64,000 nucleotides of DNA from Yuukianura sp. NJ FZ-2021 (GCA_046563655.1 CM102290.1:434001-498000); one strand, 5' to 3'. Shown: positions 25,225-37,452, counted from the stretch's first letter. Notes: generated by a model from the sequence alone, not told the origin. Numbers and translations are program-made.

Positions 25225-26640
25225 ATGATTAATCGACTAATCATCGTTGTTGGTGTTCTATACACCATTGGATGTGGTCGTGGTGTGCACGGATTGGCAC
25301 CGCCGTTGAGTAGGGCTTCCGTTCGTGTCAATGACAATGGCAGCAACCAAAATTCCACTTTACCGATTCTTTTGTGGCATGGGATGGGTAAGAAATACAG
25401 GAAAAACAAGAACGATGTTTTGTATGTGTTTAATAACAATCACGATTTCTAAGGTGACACGGCCGTTGGAGTAAAATACGCCCTTAGGTAACACATTTTC
25501 CTTGCATAGTATGACCTCGGATCCACTCGGATCTGAAAGAAATAAAGATGTGTTCCTTGTTGCTTTTAGATTCATAGCAGATGAACTACCGGGGACGGTC
25601 ATTGAAGCGTTACAGTTTGGATCAAACCCGGCAGAGGTAACAACTGATTGATATGATTCTTTTTATTTGAATAGACAACTTCTTTAAAAACGTTTTTGTG
25701 TTTAAAAGGACGTCAAGAATGGATATCTAATGAACGTCAATGACCAAATCGACAGTGCTTGCAAAAGACTACAGCAGTTGCAAGGTTTTGAAAATGGATA
25801 CAACGCAATTGGACTTTCGCAGGGTGGACAGTTTTTGTGCGTAAACTTTCACCAGCATTTACCTTTATCTCTATGCATTTTCTTTGTAAATATGGTTTGA
25901 ACAGTTTATATTGATTTGGTTCTGAATTCAAGGCGTGCACTTGTGCAAAGATGCCCATCGCCTCAAATGAATAACCTAATCTCCATAGGAGGTCAACATC
26001 AAGGAGTCTTCGGATTTCCAGACTGTTCAGCTCTTGAAAGCAAGTGGTGTGAACGGCTCGATAAGTTACTGTCTACCGCTGCTTACACTCCGTAAAGATT
26101 TACGTTTATGATCACACAATCAACATGAGGGACGACGTTTTTAAACTGCTAAATGTTCTAGGTGGCTTCAAAACCATTTGGTTCAGGCGCAGTACTGGCA
26201 TGATCCGTTGAAAGAAGAGGAGTACCGAAACAAGTCAATCTTTTTGGCAGACATCAACAATGAGAGAGAGATTAACGAAGACTACAAAACTAATTTGCAA
26301 AAATTGGCCAACTTGGTTTTAGTAAAATTCGAGCGGGATACAATGGTGGAACCGAAAGAGTCGGAGTGGTTTGGTTACTACGAACCGGGAAATGACAAAA
26401 AGTTACTCACTTTACAGGAAACTGCTCTCTATAAAGAAGTAAGTTGAAATTAAAAACTTTTTTTTTGTTACATTTACCCAAAAATTTAAACTTACTTTCT
26501 CTATGATTGTGTAGGATCGTCTTGGACTGCAAGCAATGGACGCCGCGAAGAAAATCCACTTCCTTTCGGTTGATGGAAACCATTTGCAGTTTACCAAATC
26601 ATGGTTCAATGACAACATTCTCAATCCTTTCTTGAAGTGA
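25225..26640 (+). CDS. PPT1: Palmitoyl-protein thioesterase 1
   Basis: Signal peptide, WHGMG, nucleophile motif [44 protein letters not shown] (Asp) and GNHLQF (His). Multi-exon. Confidence 0.95.
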
Positions 26641-27149
26641 ATTTTGTTGAATCAGCGAATCAGCGCTTTTAGTCACAAGTACAGGCAGCTCTACTGTGGT
26701 AAAAATTTTAGTCTCAAAATGTAACTCTGCTCAACCTCAAACTTCCTAACAAGGGTGCAGGCAGCTTCATCTGCAATTTGTTCTAATGGATTTTAGATTT
26801 TGAAATCTGAATTTGTTCTCTCCTTTTTTGTGAATATTACTATTTGTGAATAGTACTATTGTTCCAAACAAATATTACTTACATTAAATTGATATTCCAA
26901 GTTTGAGCGGTTGACGTAACAGTTAGAAACATTTTATTCCGATAATTCTTAAGTTTAAAACATTTTTTTAGTCGCTGAAACTTAAACTTTCCATTTGGCC
27001 ACTGACGACAAGTGGGTATTGGGGAAAACCGGAGGGGGCACAAAAACCCAATACAAAGTTCATGACAATCTCGTGACTCCGACATTCTCCGATAATCCGC
27101 ACTTCAGATCTTCGTCGTAGGAGTGTCGAAGATTATAAGGCCGCTCTTG

Positions 27150-27770
27150 TTACTCTCTTCGCACTGGAGCGACGACATACAGATATCCAGACGTTTCAGA
27201 AGCAGAAGTTGCTTGCTTCAAATTTTGCCCGAGTGGCAAATTTTTTAACAACTTGTCACCAGCCATCTTCATGTTTCCTGTTTTTGCCACGAACATGGTT
27301 CCAGTGCGATATCCCTCATCCCATAGACTTGTTGCTCTCTGTTCCGGGTTGCTCGTCGTTCCACTCTTTATCACTCCATAGTTTCGCCCGATTTCATACA
27401 ATTCGGCTTGCGAATTCACATCCTCCAACGGCAAGCCTCGAACATTTGCGCCAACTTTGATCTCTGGGTTTTTAAATCTTTGTCCAATGATAACATAGAC
27501 ATATCCAGGAGATTCGTTGTGATTACTTTTTTCATGGACGTTGTGAAGCCAGTCTTTGATTTCCAAAAGCTGATTTTCAGCTCTCTTCATATTCTGTGTT
27601 TTGGCTATCAGCATCACTCCCCGAAAGCCTCTCCGTCTATAGTCTGCTGCTCTTATCTCCGGATTTTCCGTGGAACCGGCACGAATGGTTCGGGATTGGT
27701 TGCTAGCGCGCTCCAGCAACTCCCCTATAGTTGAAACGCGAATAATTTCCAATTCTGTATTTTCACTCAT
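27150..27770 (-). CDS. Intronless 206-aa protein of two ~105-aa tandem repeats; possible circularly permuted GIY-YIG-like domains
   Basis: ATG-initiated ORF. The repeats align: I(R/K)xG(S/T)TxNPExRA...G(F/Y)R-G(V/T)MxxAKTxNMKxA..LL...N...GY(V/L)YV(I/V). Conservation at the protein level argues for coding. Confidence 0.75.
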   Translation of the reverse strand: MSENTELEIIRVSTIGELLERASNQSRTIRAGSTENPEIRAADYRRRGFRGVMLIAKTQNMKRAENQLLEIKDWLHNVHEKSNHNESPGYVYVIIGQRFKNPEIKVGANVRGLPLEDVNSQAELYEIGRNYGVIKSGTTSNPEQRATSLWDEGYRTGTMFVAKTGNMKMAGDKLLKNLPLGQNLKQATSASETSGYLYVVAPVRRE

Positions 27771-28982
27771 ACTTCAATTTAAGTGTATCTCCTGCTGTTA
27801 AGTTGAGATGTGCGCTTGAGTGTGCGTTTTTTTTTCGTGGGGTGTAGAGGGAAAGTGGCAAGGGTAAGTGGTTTTTAACTTTGGTATGTGGCTTGTGGCA
27901 CTGGTTCTTCGTATAAGTGTCCGGGAAACTTGACAGGTCTTCACGCGGCGGCACCTAAACTTCAACTGAAATGAGAATGGTATGCATCTGATCTTCTAGT
28001 TTAACAAGTCCGTTGTCAAAAACGTTTTTCGACGATATTGCATCAGGTCCCTGACCGGGGGCGGAGTAGGGTGCGGAGATCTTACTCGTTTTGGCACCTT
28101 CTTCCACAATAGGGGACTTAGTGAATTACACTTTAGTGTTCCATGGTGCAAAATCTGGAATCTAAGCAAATAATTCCTTACATGTAAAGTCAGCAATTTT
28201 TGGGTTCGACTAAATGATCGCCGCTTCGATGGATTGTGAAATTATTGAAGTTAATTATTAATAATCAAATTAATTCTTCAAATTTGACGTCGGTACTAGG
28301 AATTAAATTGAACAATTTGCTTAAAGAAACTCAAACAATTGGAAGTTCCAGTTTGGAACTGAATCATTATAAAGTTATGTCGTAATTTTTTTTTCAAATT
28401 AACCGATTAACTTAGCGAATGAAGCTGTTACGAGTTTACGACGCCACTTTTCAAATCCCAGGTTTTCCTTCGTGTTTTCTCCAAGTAACAAGCAAGAGGG
28501 AAAGTGCATAGACTTTTCTTCTCGATTTTGGGATTCTCTCCGCCTGTCCGCCTGCCTCGTCGTGCCATCTTTTTTGTGGAACCTTCTAGAAACCACCGCA
28601 GTTCCCTTGCTCCGTCTAACTTCTCGATCTATACTTCGGACACGACACTTTCCTGGACAAAATAAGAGGACGGTGACATCCATTGACACGAAACTTAAGT
28701 GAAGAAGGGAACGGTAAAGGTAAGGTAAGGGATGCAATTACATACTTTCTAATTGGTGCTACCTGTACTTGTACTAAATCTGACACTCGGGAAATCAATG
28801 GTAAACGGTTGTTTATAACGGAAGCAATCATGGGCCAGGTCTGTTACCGGTTTTTTGATAGTCTTCGTCATTGTAAGCTATTTCTGGTGGTCTCTCTGTT
28901 TAGGAGTCGGTATTTATAGGCTAACGATTTTTGTATGTCGACTTCTTTTCTCTTTCTAGGATCCAATCGTTGGGGTCTAATC

Positions 28983-31673
28983 ATGGATTGGTCGACAAAG
29001 CGAGTGCTGTTATGTCTGCTGCTCAACATCGGGTTGTTACTGACCGGTCCTTGTCAGCTGACTCATGGAAATGTTGACGATTCTGAGGCAGAAGTAAGTT
29101 GGGATGTTGGGAATTGTAAATACAGACTACAGTGTGTTAATAGTCGACGCTGTTTCCCTAATCTTTCCATAGGTTACCGTTGAAAACGATGATACGGAAG
29201 TTGCGGACGATTACACAAGCCCGGAGCCATCTGACCCATCAGCTGTCTACTTCCATGAGAACTTCGACGACGTTGATACCGCCGAGAAGAAGTGGGTTAT
29301 CTCTCGAGCGCAAAAAGAAGATCAACAAGGTGCAAAATACGAAGGACTGTGGTCATTCCAATTGCCTCAACGAGTTCTGTTCAACAATGACCGAGCGTTA
29401 GTGCTCAAGTCGAAGGCAAAACATGCTGCTATTTCTGCGAAGCTGAATCGTCCGTTCAAGTTTACGACAAAGCCACTTTTGGTACAGTATGAGGTTACCT
29501 TTCAAAACGGAATGGATTGTGGAGGGGCATACATCAAACTGCTGTCACAGTCGGACAAGTTCGAGTTGGATAAGTTTACGAACAAGTCTCCATATACCAT
29601 CATGTTTGGCCCTGACAAGTGTGGTAACGATCACAAGGTAAATTATTGACCTCTTACGTCTACGTTTAGCTTATAAATGTGTTAAATCTGTCTTACTAAC
29701 TAACTATGTTTGTTTTTGTTTAGCTTCACTTCATTTTCCGTCACAAAAACCCAATCACTGGTGAGTTTGAGGAGAAACATGCTCCAAAACCTTCGAGTCG
29801 CCTTGAGGAATCTTACACCGACAAGAAGCCACACTCGTATCTCTTGAAATTGGTAACTTATTTTAAAAACGTTTCATTTGTTGACCTTTTTTGATCGATT
29901 TTTCTGTTCTGAACAGTATCCCAACAACAACTTTCAAATTTATGTGGATGGGAACCTCGTTAGCAATGGAAACCTTCTGGAGGACATGTCGCCTCCTGTA
30001 AACCCTCCAGCTGAAATCGCCGACACAAAAGACTCCAAACCCTCAACTTGGGATGATCGAGAGAAAATTCCGGATCTTACGACTACGAAACCAGACGATT
30101 GGGATGAAGATCTGCCTGCCATGATTCCAGATCCTAACTCTGTTATGCCAGAGGGATGGCTGGAGGACGAAGAGGTGAGTCCTACATGGCTTAACTCAGT
30201 TCCTTATGCTGTTATGCTGATCATAAACTTCAAATTGATGTCTTTTCAGCCTATGATTGATGATACGACTGCACAGAAACCAGATGATTGGGATGACAGT
30301 ATGGACGGTGATTGGGAACCACCGAAGATCAATAATCCGCTTTGCGCTAATGCTCCTGGATGCGGTGAGTGGACGCCTGCCCAAATGCCAAACCCAGAGT
30401 TCAAAGGTATTCGGTTTACGATAAAACGAAGTTACTATAGCTGATTTTCAAAATTTTGAAAAACTTCAAATAATTTTTTGAAATTAGGCAAGTGGAAACC
30501 CCCAATGATTCCTAATCCAGAGTACAAGGGACAGTGGAGTCCACGGATGATTCCAAATCCTGCCTATTTTGAAGATAAGGAGCCGTTCAAGATGACACCA
30601 ATTGTAAGCCAATACTTTTTTTAATCATCTGTCATATACACTATAATTACTTTTACTTTTTATCTCCAGGGCGCCCTCGGTATTGAACTTTGGACAATGA
30701 CTGATCAACTTCTGTTTGACAATTTTATCATCACTGATGAAGAGAGCGTTCTGGACCACTGGATCTCTCGAACATATGATCTCAAGCGACGTGTTTTGGA
30801 CAAAGATGCGGTAAGTTTCACTATCACATTACAAAATGTTATCATAAATGACTTTTTAGTGGACAAAACCTTCAGAGTTCTTATTACGGAACGTTGATGC
30901 GGAAAATGAATTACCATGTTGGAGCATGGACTGTGTACTTTTTCTATGTCACTATCCCGCTTGTCTCCTATGCCTTGTACTTGTGGAATCTTTACCTCGA
31001 GGTAACTAATTGGATTCATAACTAATGATTTTTTGTACTTTTGTGCTTTAGGAAAGTGTTGTGAGTCGTATATTCAATTACACGAATGCCCATCCATGGC
31101 TCTGGGCAGTATATTTGGTCGTGATTGCCTTACCAGTAGTGCTCATTCTCACCTTCTGTTGCGGCAGTAGTCAGGTATTTAGTCAACACAGTTGATGTTA
31201 CGCACAGTTTATTAAAAATGTTAGTTTTTAAATCAATTTCTTAGATTTGTAATGATTCTGGTTTGGATTTAGGAAAAACGTGATGCTAGGACCAAAAAGA
31301 CTGACGAGTATGTGAAGGACGATGAGCCGGAAGTTGCTGAAGAAAAAGTGGAGCCCCAAGAACCAACGGAGCCTGTCGCTGCTCATTCCTCTTCTTCGCG
31401 TTCTAGTCGCACTGATCCAGATAAGGAGAAGTTGGAGCTGGACGACGGGGCAATGGGTGACGTTCAAGGCGAGAGCGAAGAGAGTGACGAGGATTCGGAT
31501 TTCAATGAGGCCACCACTGAATCGGAAAACGAAGGGCCAGCAGTACGCAAGGTAACGCGTCAACTAATGGTAGTTAACGTTAACTTTTTAATTTTAACTA
31601 CAATTAGTGACTAATTAACTTTATTCAATTGCAGGGTTCCCCTCCGAAACGTCGGACCCAACGAGCTGACTAA
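28983..31673 (+). CDS. CANX: Calnexin
   Basis: Signal peptide, [41 protein letters not shown]-domain KPDDWDE repeats, WLWAVY transmembrane segment with CC, KKTD and an acidic tail ending RRTQRAD*. Confidence 0.97.
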
Positions 31674-32378
31674 AAATCAAAACCCAACCAGTCCACATAC
31701 ACACTACAATTCGTCAACATCAAACCAAAAATTTGTTTTTCAATGAGTTAATTTGTCGGCCCAAACTTCACTTGAGTATTATGAAGCTTGGCATAAATAT
31801 TTATTTGAATTAGATTTAAACTTTTGCAAATGAGGGACTGTAAACAGGAGAGGTAATGTTTTAGTTAAAAACTAGGGGATGTGTACCCGTTTTCCAATTT
31901 GTTTTTTTGTTTTGAACTTTGGTATAAAAATGTTAGTGTTAAGGTTAGTTAGAAATGCATGGAGTATGAGCAGCTAATGAGTATTTATTGAATATGCTAG
32001 TGCTCATAAGCTGTTTAACTCAAAGGAAAACGTTAAGTTGTTGCCTGGCATTTCTCAATTAGCACCGATCAATCTCAACCTCGTGCATTTCATTTGTTAT
32101 GGCCCCTAAATATGTAATTAATTGTATAAATTAATTAAATTTAACAAATTGTTTCAACAGGGGAGCTGCTCTGGTTCAATTTAACGTTAGTCATACTTTA
32201 GTCAATGTTGGGTCTAAGTTTGTAGGTTATGTTAGGTAAACAGTAAACAGTTCAACTGCATTTGATCTGCAAAAAAGTTTATTTTCGCAGTTTATCTAAA
32301 GTGATTTAGAGTAGTTCTCAGGCGACATTAGTTTAGGAGACAACTTGGCCAGTATTTTTGCTTGATTGTTAAGTTTTC

Positions 32379-34236
32379 CTAAACAGCTTGAGATTCTAGA
32401 GAAGATGCTGGCAGTACTGGCTGATTTTGCTTTTTCCTTAAAATGTTGGTGATGAAGAATTCGCCAGCTTTGTAGGAGCTGCGCACGAGTGGCCCACTGG
32501 CAGTATACAGAAATCCTAGTTCGTCGCCCATCTTGCCCCAGTAAGAAAACTTTTCTGGAGTGACGTACTCGACTACTTTCAAATGTCGTTTCGTTGGTTG
32601 CATGTATTGACCCAAAGTTAGACAGTCAACGCCGACACTTCGTAGATCTGCAAACAACATTCGCAGAATTGCAAATTAAATGTTGCACTATATAGCGAAC
32701 AATTATTGTTGAAGAATTTGCAAAAAATTACCTTTCATGGTTTGCAGAACTTCGTCGTCAGTTTCTCCCAATCCAAGCATGATTGAAGTTTTAGTGAGAA
32801 TCGAAGGCTTGAATTCTTTGGCATGTTTTAGCACACTCATTGTTTGCCTGGACAAAATAAAGTCAGTCAGTTCCGAAAGTGACTAAAATGATCAAAAATG
32901 TATGTCAGATGTGAATTTACCGATATTTTGCACGCGGATCTCTCACAAACGGAGTAAGACGTTCAACTGTTTCAACATTATGGGCAAAAACATCCAATCC
33001 TGAGTCGACTACAGCCGAAACTTGATCGAGATTCCCACGAAAGTCGGGTGAGAGCACCTCCACCAATAGTTTCGGCACGTCCTGCTTCAGATGTCGTACA
33101 GTTTCGGCAACATGTTTCGAACCCCCGTCCGGTAAATCATCTCGATCCACTGACGTTAGAACGACGTAGTCCAGACCCCATGCTCTGATGGCTTCGGAAG
33201 TATTCTTCGGTTCGTTGGGGTCAAGTGGTGGTGGAGCTCTGGAGGTCTTCACGGAACAAAACCGACATCCGCGAGTACAAGTATCTCCCATGAGCTAAAA
33301 ATTTAACACAATCAATTGATTTAGTAAGGCAGAAAAAAATCGACGACTTACCATGATCGTGGCTGTGGCGACATTATGTTCACCACCACCCCAACATTCA
33401 CCGATGTTTGGACAACGAGCCTCTTCACAGACTGTATGAAGGTTGAGACCCCGCAGATTCTCTTTCAGTTTAGCAAAGTTCTTTCCAACTGGAATTTCAG
33501 TTTTGAGCCATGGTGGTAACCTTAGCCGTTCGTAGTCTCCGGGTTCTCGTTTCAGTTTTTCTAAATAACAAAAAATAGCAAGTATGAAACACATTTAGTA
33601 GTGTATAAAAGTGAACATTTTTGAATTTGGGAAGTTGTGAAGTTAGTACGTGGAGGATTTTCGTCATGGACTTCGATGTCAATTAGTGGTTCTCCGACGA
33701 GCGAAATCTGGTCCAAGTCGTAATGAATTTTGCGAACTACTCCGCTATACCGTGACTTCAAAGTTACACAGGAATCTTCACTGTGCACTTCACAAACAGG
33801 GTCAAACTTGGATACTTTATCTCCCTCTTTGACGAACCTAACCAATCGAACAAAGAAAATTCTAAGTTGTAAATATTGTCGTTGTCGTTTTTTGTCTTAC
33901 CATTCTTTGATTCTAACTTGAGTAACTCCTTGGCCAATTTCTGCTAGTTTGAAAGGTACCACGGCTAACCTAGGGGCTGCCGAATGAAAATGCGAATATT
34001 GGTATCTGAAACATGTTCGACTCTCCAGCCTCATATCACTGATTGCTCGGTTTCTAGCTCCAAGTCCTCGCAGTTCTTTACTCAGCACAGTAACCTAAAT
34101 CCAACAAGATTCAAACCAACATTTCATAAAAACTACTTAGATACAAAACGGTTTAAAAATTGATTGAATTTGTTACTGTTCGATGTGCTTGAAGTGTTCT
34201 AGTAGAATTCAGTGCACAGCGGAATATGCAGACCAT
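32379..34236 (-). CDS. LIAS: Mitochondrial lipoyl synthase with an N-terminally fused BCKDH-E2-like lipoyl domain lacking the acceptor Lys (~469 aa)
   Basis: Exons 34236-34177, 34094-33901, 33837-33650, 33560-33352, 33294-32921, 32847-32732 and 32647-32379 total 1410 nt in one frame. Motifs [12 protein letters not shown] (auxiliary cluster), CTRGCRFC (radical SAM) and RSSY are intact. The LIAS identity is secure; the fusion is inferred from splice phase. Confidence 0.9.
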
Positions 34237-34914
34237 TTTGTTGGGGTCAGTCGATCCAGAAAATCTAGATTGTGTTTCAAATCTGTTTAAAATCAATTGA
34301 AAGTGAAATTCATAGGCAATTTTAGTGACTTCTGACTTACGGAAGGTTAACCGGATCAGCTGACGAGATGAAATGCTGGACGTGATGAAAGAGAGTGGAT
34401 TTACACGGCAATGAAGACAGCTAGAAAGTAGAGGTCAAGGGTCAAGTGACCCACACTCTGTATGAAGAAATCATCAGTGTTTAGTGTGTTATCTTTATCA
34501 AGTTTCACTGCAGAAAAGACATTCTAAAAACATTAAATACAAGTCAGCTGATCCGATTTTTTCAAAATGTGGGACGGCGGTTTGCAGAGAACAAAAAAAA
34601 ATCATATTTTTGAGGAATTTTATTTTTAGATTTTATTTTTATTTTCAAAAAAAGAGAAAGTGATTCTTTTTTTGTTTTGTTTATTTCAAGGTCTTCCCTG
34701 TCAGTATTTCGAGGGAGGAATCGATGGAACTCAACATTCGTGGCAATTCTGGAGAGATGTAGTACGATCTACATTGTAAGTATTTGTAAAAGTCAGCAAC
34801 AATTAATTAACAAGTTCAGTGGTAAACTATGTTTTTATGTATTTCGTCTTTAATCTAGGTGACGACTGATGTGCTGTTGAACTGAAGCCCAGCCAGTTCT
34901 TGCAACTTGCTGAA

Positions 34915-36740
34915 ATGGAAAATGAAGTGGAAGCTCTGGGGGTGTTCACTGCCGAATGTCAACAACTTCTATCTCAAATCCAGAATGGTGTCATCAGGAA
35001 CAGGCCACCGGAAGTATCTTCCTCCTCTCCAAGAGTTACTGGAATGTTTAGCAGGGCATGGGACAAGTTTTCACAGACACATCAAAGTTCACCCACCAGA
35101 ACAAACAACAACATTTCCAATCGCTACAACTTCCAACACTACAGAAGCAATCAGAAGAAGGATACTTCCACCGTAGGAAAACTGAGACTGGCAGCACAAG
35201 GAATCACTTTGGCCAAATTAAGTATTTTTCTGAACGTCTTGGAACTGTGCCTCATGATCTCCATGTCTCTGATAATCTTTTACGTGATAATCGTTGTTCA
35301 TAAACCAACTCAAGCCTTAATCTCCAGACACACACAAGATCTAATCTATCCAGTCATGCGTGGACTCAGACTTACTACGTTACCTGTCATTAGAGTATTT
35401 CCCTGGATTTCGGGTAATGCCAATACTTGTTGCTTACTAGTACAGTATTTTCTCGTACATAGTACGCCCTCGCGTGTTTAATACGCAGTTTTAAATTTTC
35501 GTAAAACACTGTAAGTTAACATTAGAAATTAACATGTTACGAATGTAATGAATTTAAGCTTGCTTTTCGCTGAAACAAAAACGTTTTTTATTACATATTT
35601 TCTGAATTTTTGTAAATAATACAGGAATTATGTGCGAGAAAATACGGTATTTATTTTCTTGAGTCTGAAATATCTTTGTTTTTCGTTTCATTCCAGAGTT
35701 CTACGAGGAGGATTGCCTAATCACAAATCCCAACTATTTTAGCAAGAGTTCGTACGAATGCTGGCCCTGCGAGGACTCGAAACAAGTTATTGATGTGACT
35801 GGGATATCCAATTTCTCAAGTATTTTTCAACATGGTGGGATTCCATTCCGTATCCGGGTAAAACCGTTCAACTCGATTACTCCATTTCAGTCTTTGAACT
35901 TATGATGTTTGGTTTTAGCAGAGCACAAAGGAATACGACTTCACGATAATCGAGAAAATCTACTTGGAAAATACACATTTATTTCAATCGGTGACTCTGA
36001 GTTCTAACCAACGCCACATTCAAACTTTTGCAGACATCTTTCCACTCAATCGTACAAAAGTTTTCCGTCGGCATCCTAATCTCCATGTTGCTTGGTAAAT
36101 TTCTTTTAGACGCAACACTTTCGTCAATACTATACTTAATTTTTCCACCAAAACGTCGTTTCGTTCATGTTTTTTTTTTTTTAGGAAAATCAACAAAGTG
36201 GCTTATGCTAGGTATCTTCGGAAGTATTTTTCAAAACCGTACATTATTCCAAACACAACAGAAGTATCAATCCAGCGCTTCCTCTTCCTGGACAATCATG
36301 ACTCGCCACAGTACTCCATCGTTAGTACAACTTTTACATTAGTATTGAGAAATTGAAATTATCGGCTTTTGAGTTCACTGATTTCGAAATCCAGAAAGTT
36401 TCGAAACAGAAAGCACTTTACGTTACACTTTTTTTTGCAGCCATTTACCGAATTTGAAAACGTTTTCCTGTTCCAAGCTGGTGGGCGTCGTCGCATTGTT
36501 CTCGTTCCAACGGAAACTTGTTACAAGAAATGTCGAGTGATCTCCATCGTTCTTCAGCCAGGAGACGTTTGTAAGCAGTTTCATTTAAGTCAATTAACGT
36601 TAGTCAGTTAGTGAATGTAATTACTTTCTATAGTGTTCTACAACTGGCTATACTGGCGACCACAGTCTCTACCAATCAAGTCTTCCAAACTACACTCCAG
36701 TGATAGCATCAGCGTCAGCTACGTCGGTAGTTTCTACTGA
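34915..36740 (+). CDS. C6orf89/BRAP (bombesin receptor-activated protein)-like type II membrane protein
   Basis: A transmembrane segment is followed by LRLTTLP, DCLITNP...CWPC and LVPTETCYKKCRVISIVLQPGDVLFYNWLYW. These match the C6orf89 pattern as I recall it (IRLMSLP; PPFQCRRHC...EPGD...W). Confidence 0.7.
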
Positions 36741-37452
36741 CCTAACCTTAACTTCTAACCAAGAACAAATAAAATCCGGTTATTCCTAAAACTTCACCAG
36801 TATAACGACGACAAAACGTAACACAAACGTTTTGAAAATTGCAATTTTGCTAATGACATACTCTAATTTTCCACCTGAATTTCTAACGTTTTGAAATTTG
36901 CAATTTTGCTTCTAATATACTTACATTCAATGGTTCCAGATAACTCAACACATCACCGCACATATACACACCGCCACATTTTTTAGTATTATAATAGATT
37001 TTTATTAACATTTATATGCATTGCTGGTTTGTGGTAACAGGAAAACCATTATTACTCATTTTTTAATAACGCTAACTTATACGGTTTATCCATAGTTTTT
37101 TTCAAGTCTCGGTGGATATACTTCTAAACTTTCTAAATAATGGAGGTTTTTGTGGGATTTTGGAAGTCATGTTTTAGTTTCTCACTAAATTTTCCCCGGG
37201 GTTCCCTCAAACCCCGGCTGGGGATCAGGGGGATTTGCAGTTAAATTGTGATAGAGGTATACAAGACATTTGACCCTCACGAAAACTAGATACTCGATAG
37301 TTTCTAATCTGACTGGAATTGGAGTTGCCTTTCGAATTTTTGGGTTTCAAAAATAAATATTACCAATAAGAAGCCGGTGTGTAGGAAATTTTATCGTTTT
37401 TCAAAAAAAGTCTTTCTTGAATTTTAGCTTTGAGTTATGTGTCTTGTTCATA

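Noticed and set aside
33561..34236. Separate full DBT (BCKDH E2) gene upstream of LIAS
   Set aside because: No subunit-binding or acyltransferase domain follows, the lipoyl Lys is absent and the exons splice in phase to LIAS.
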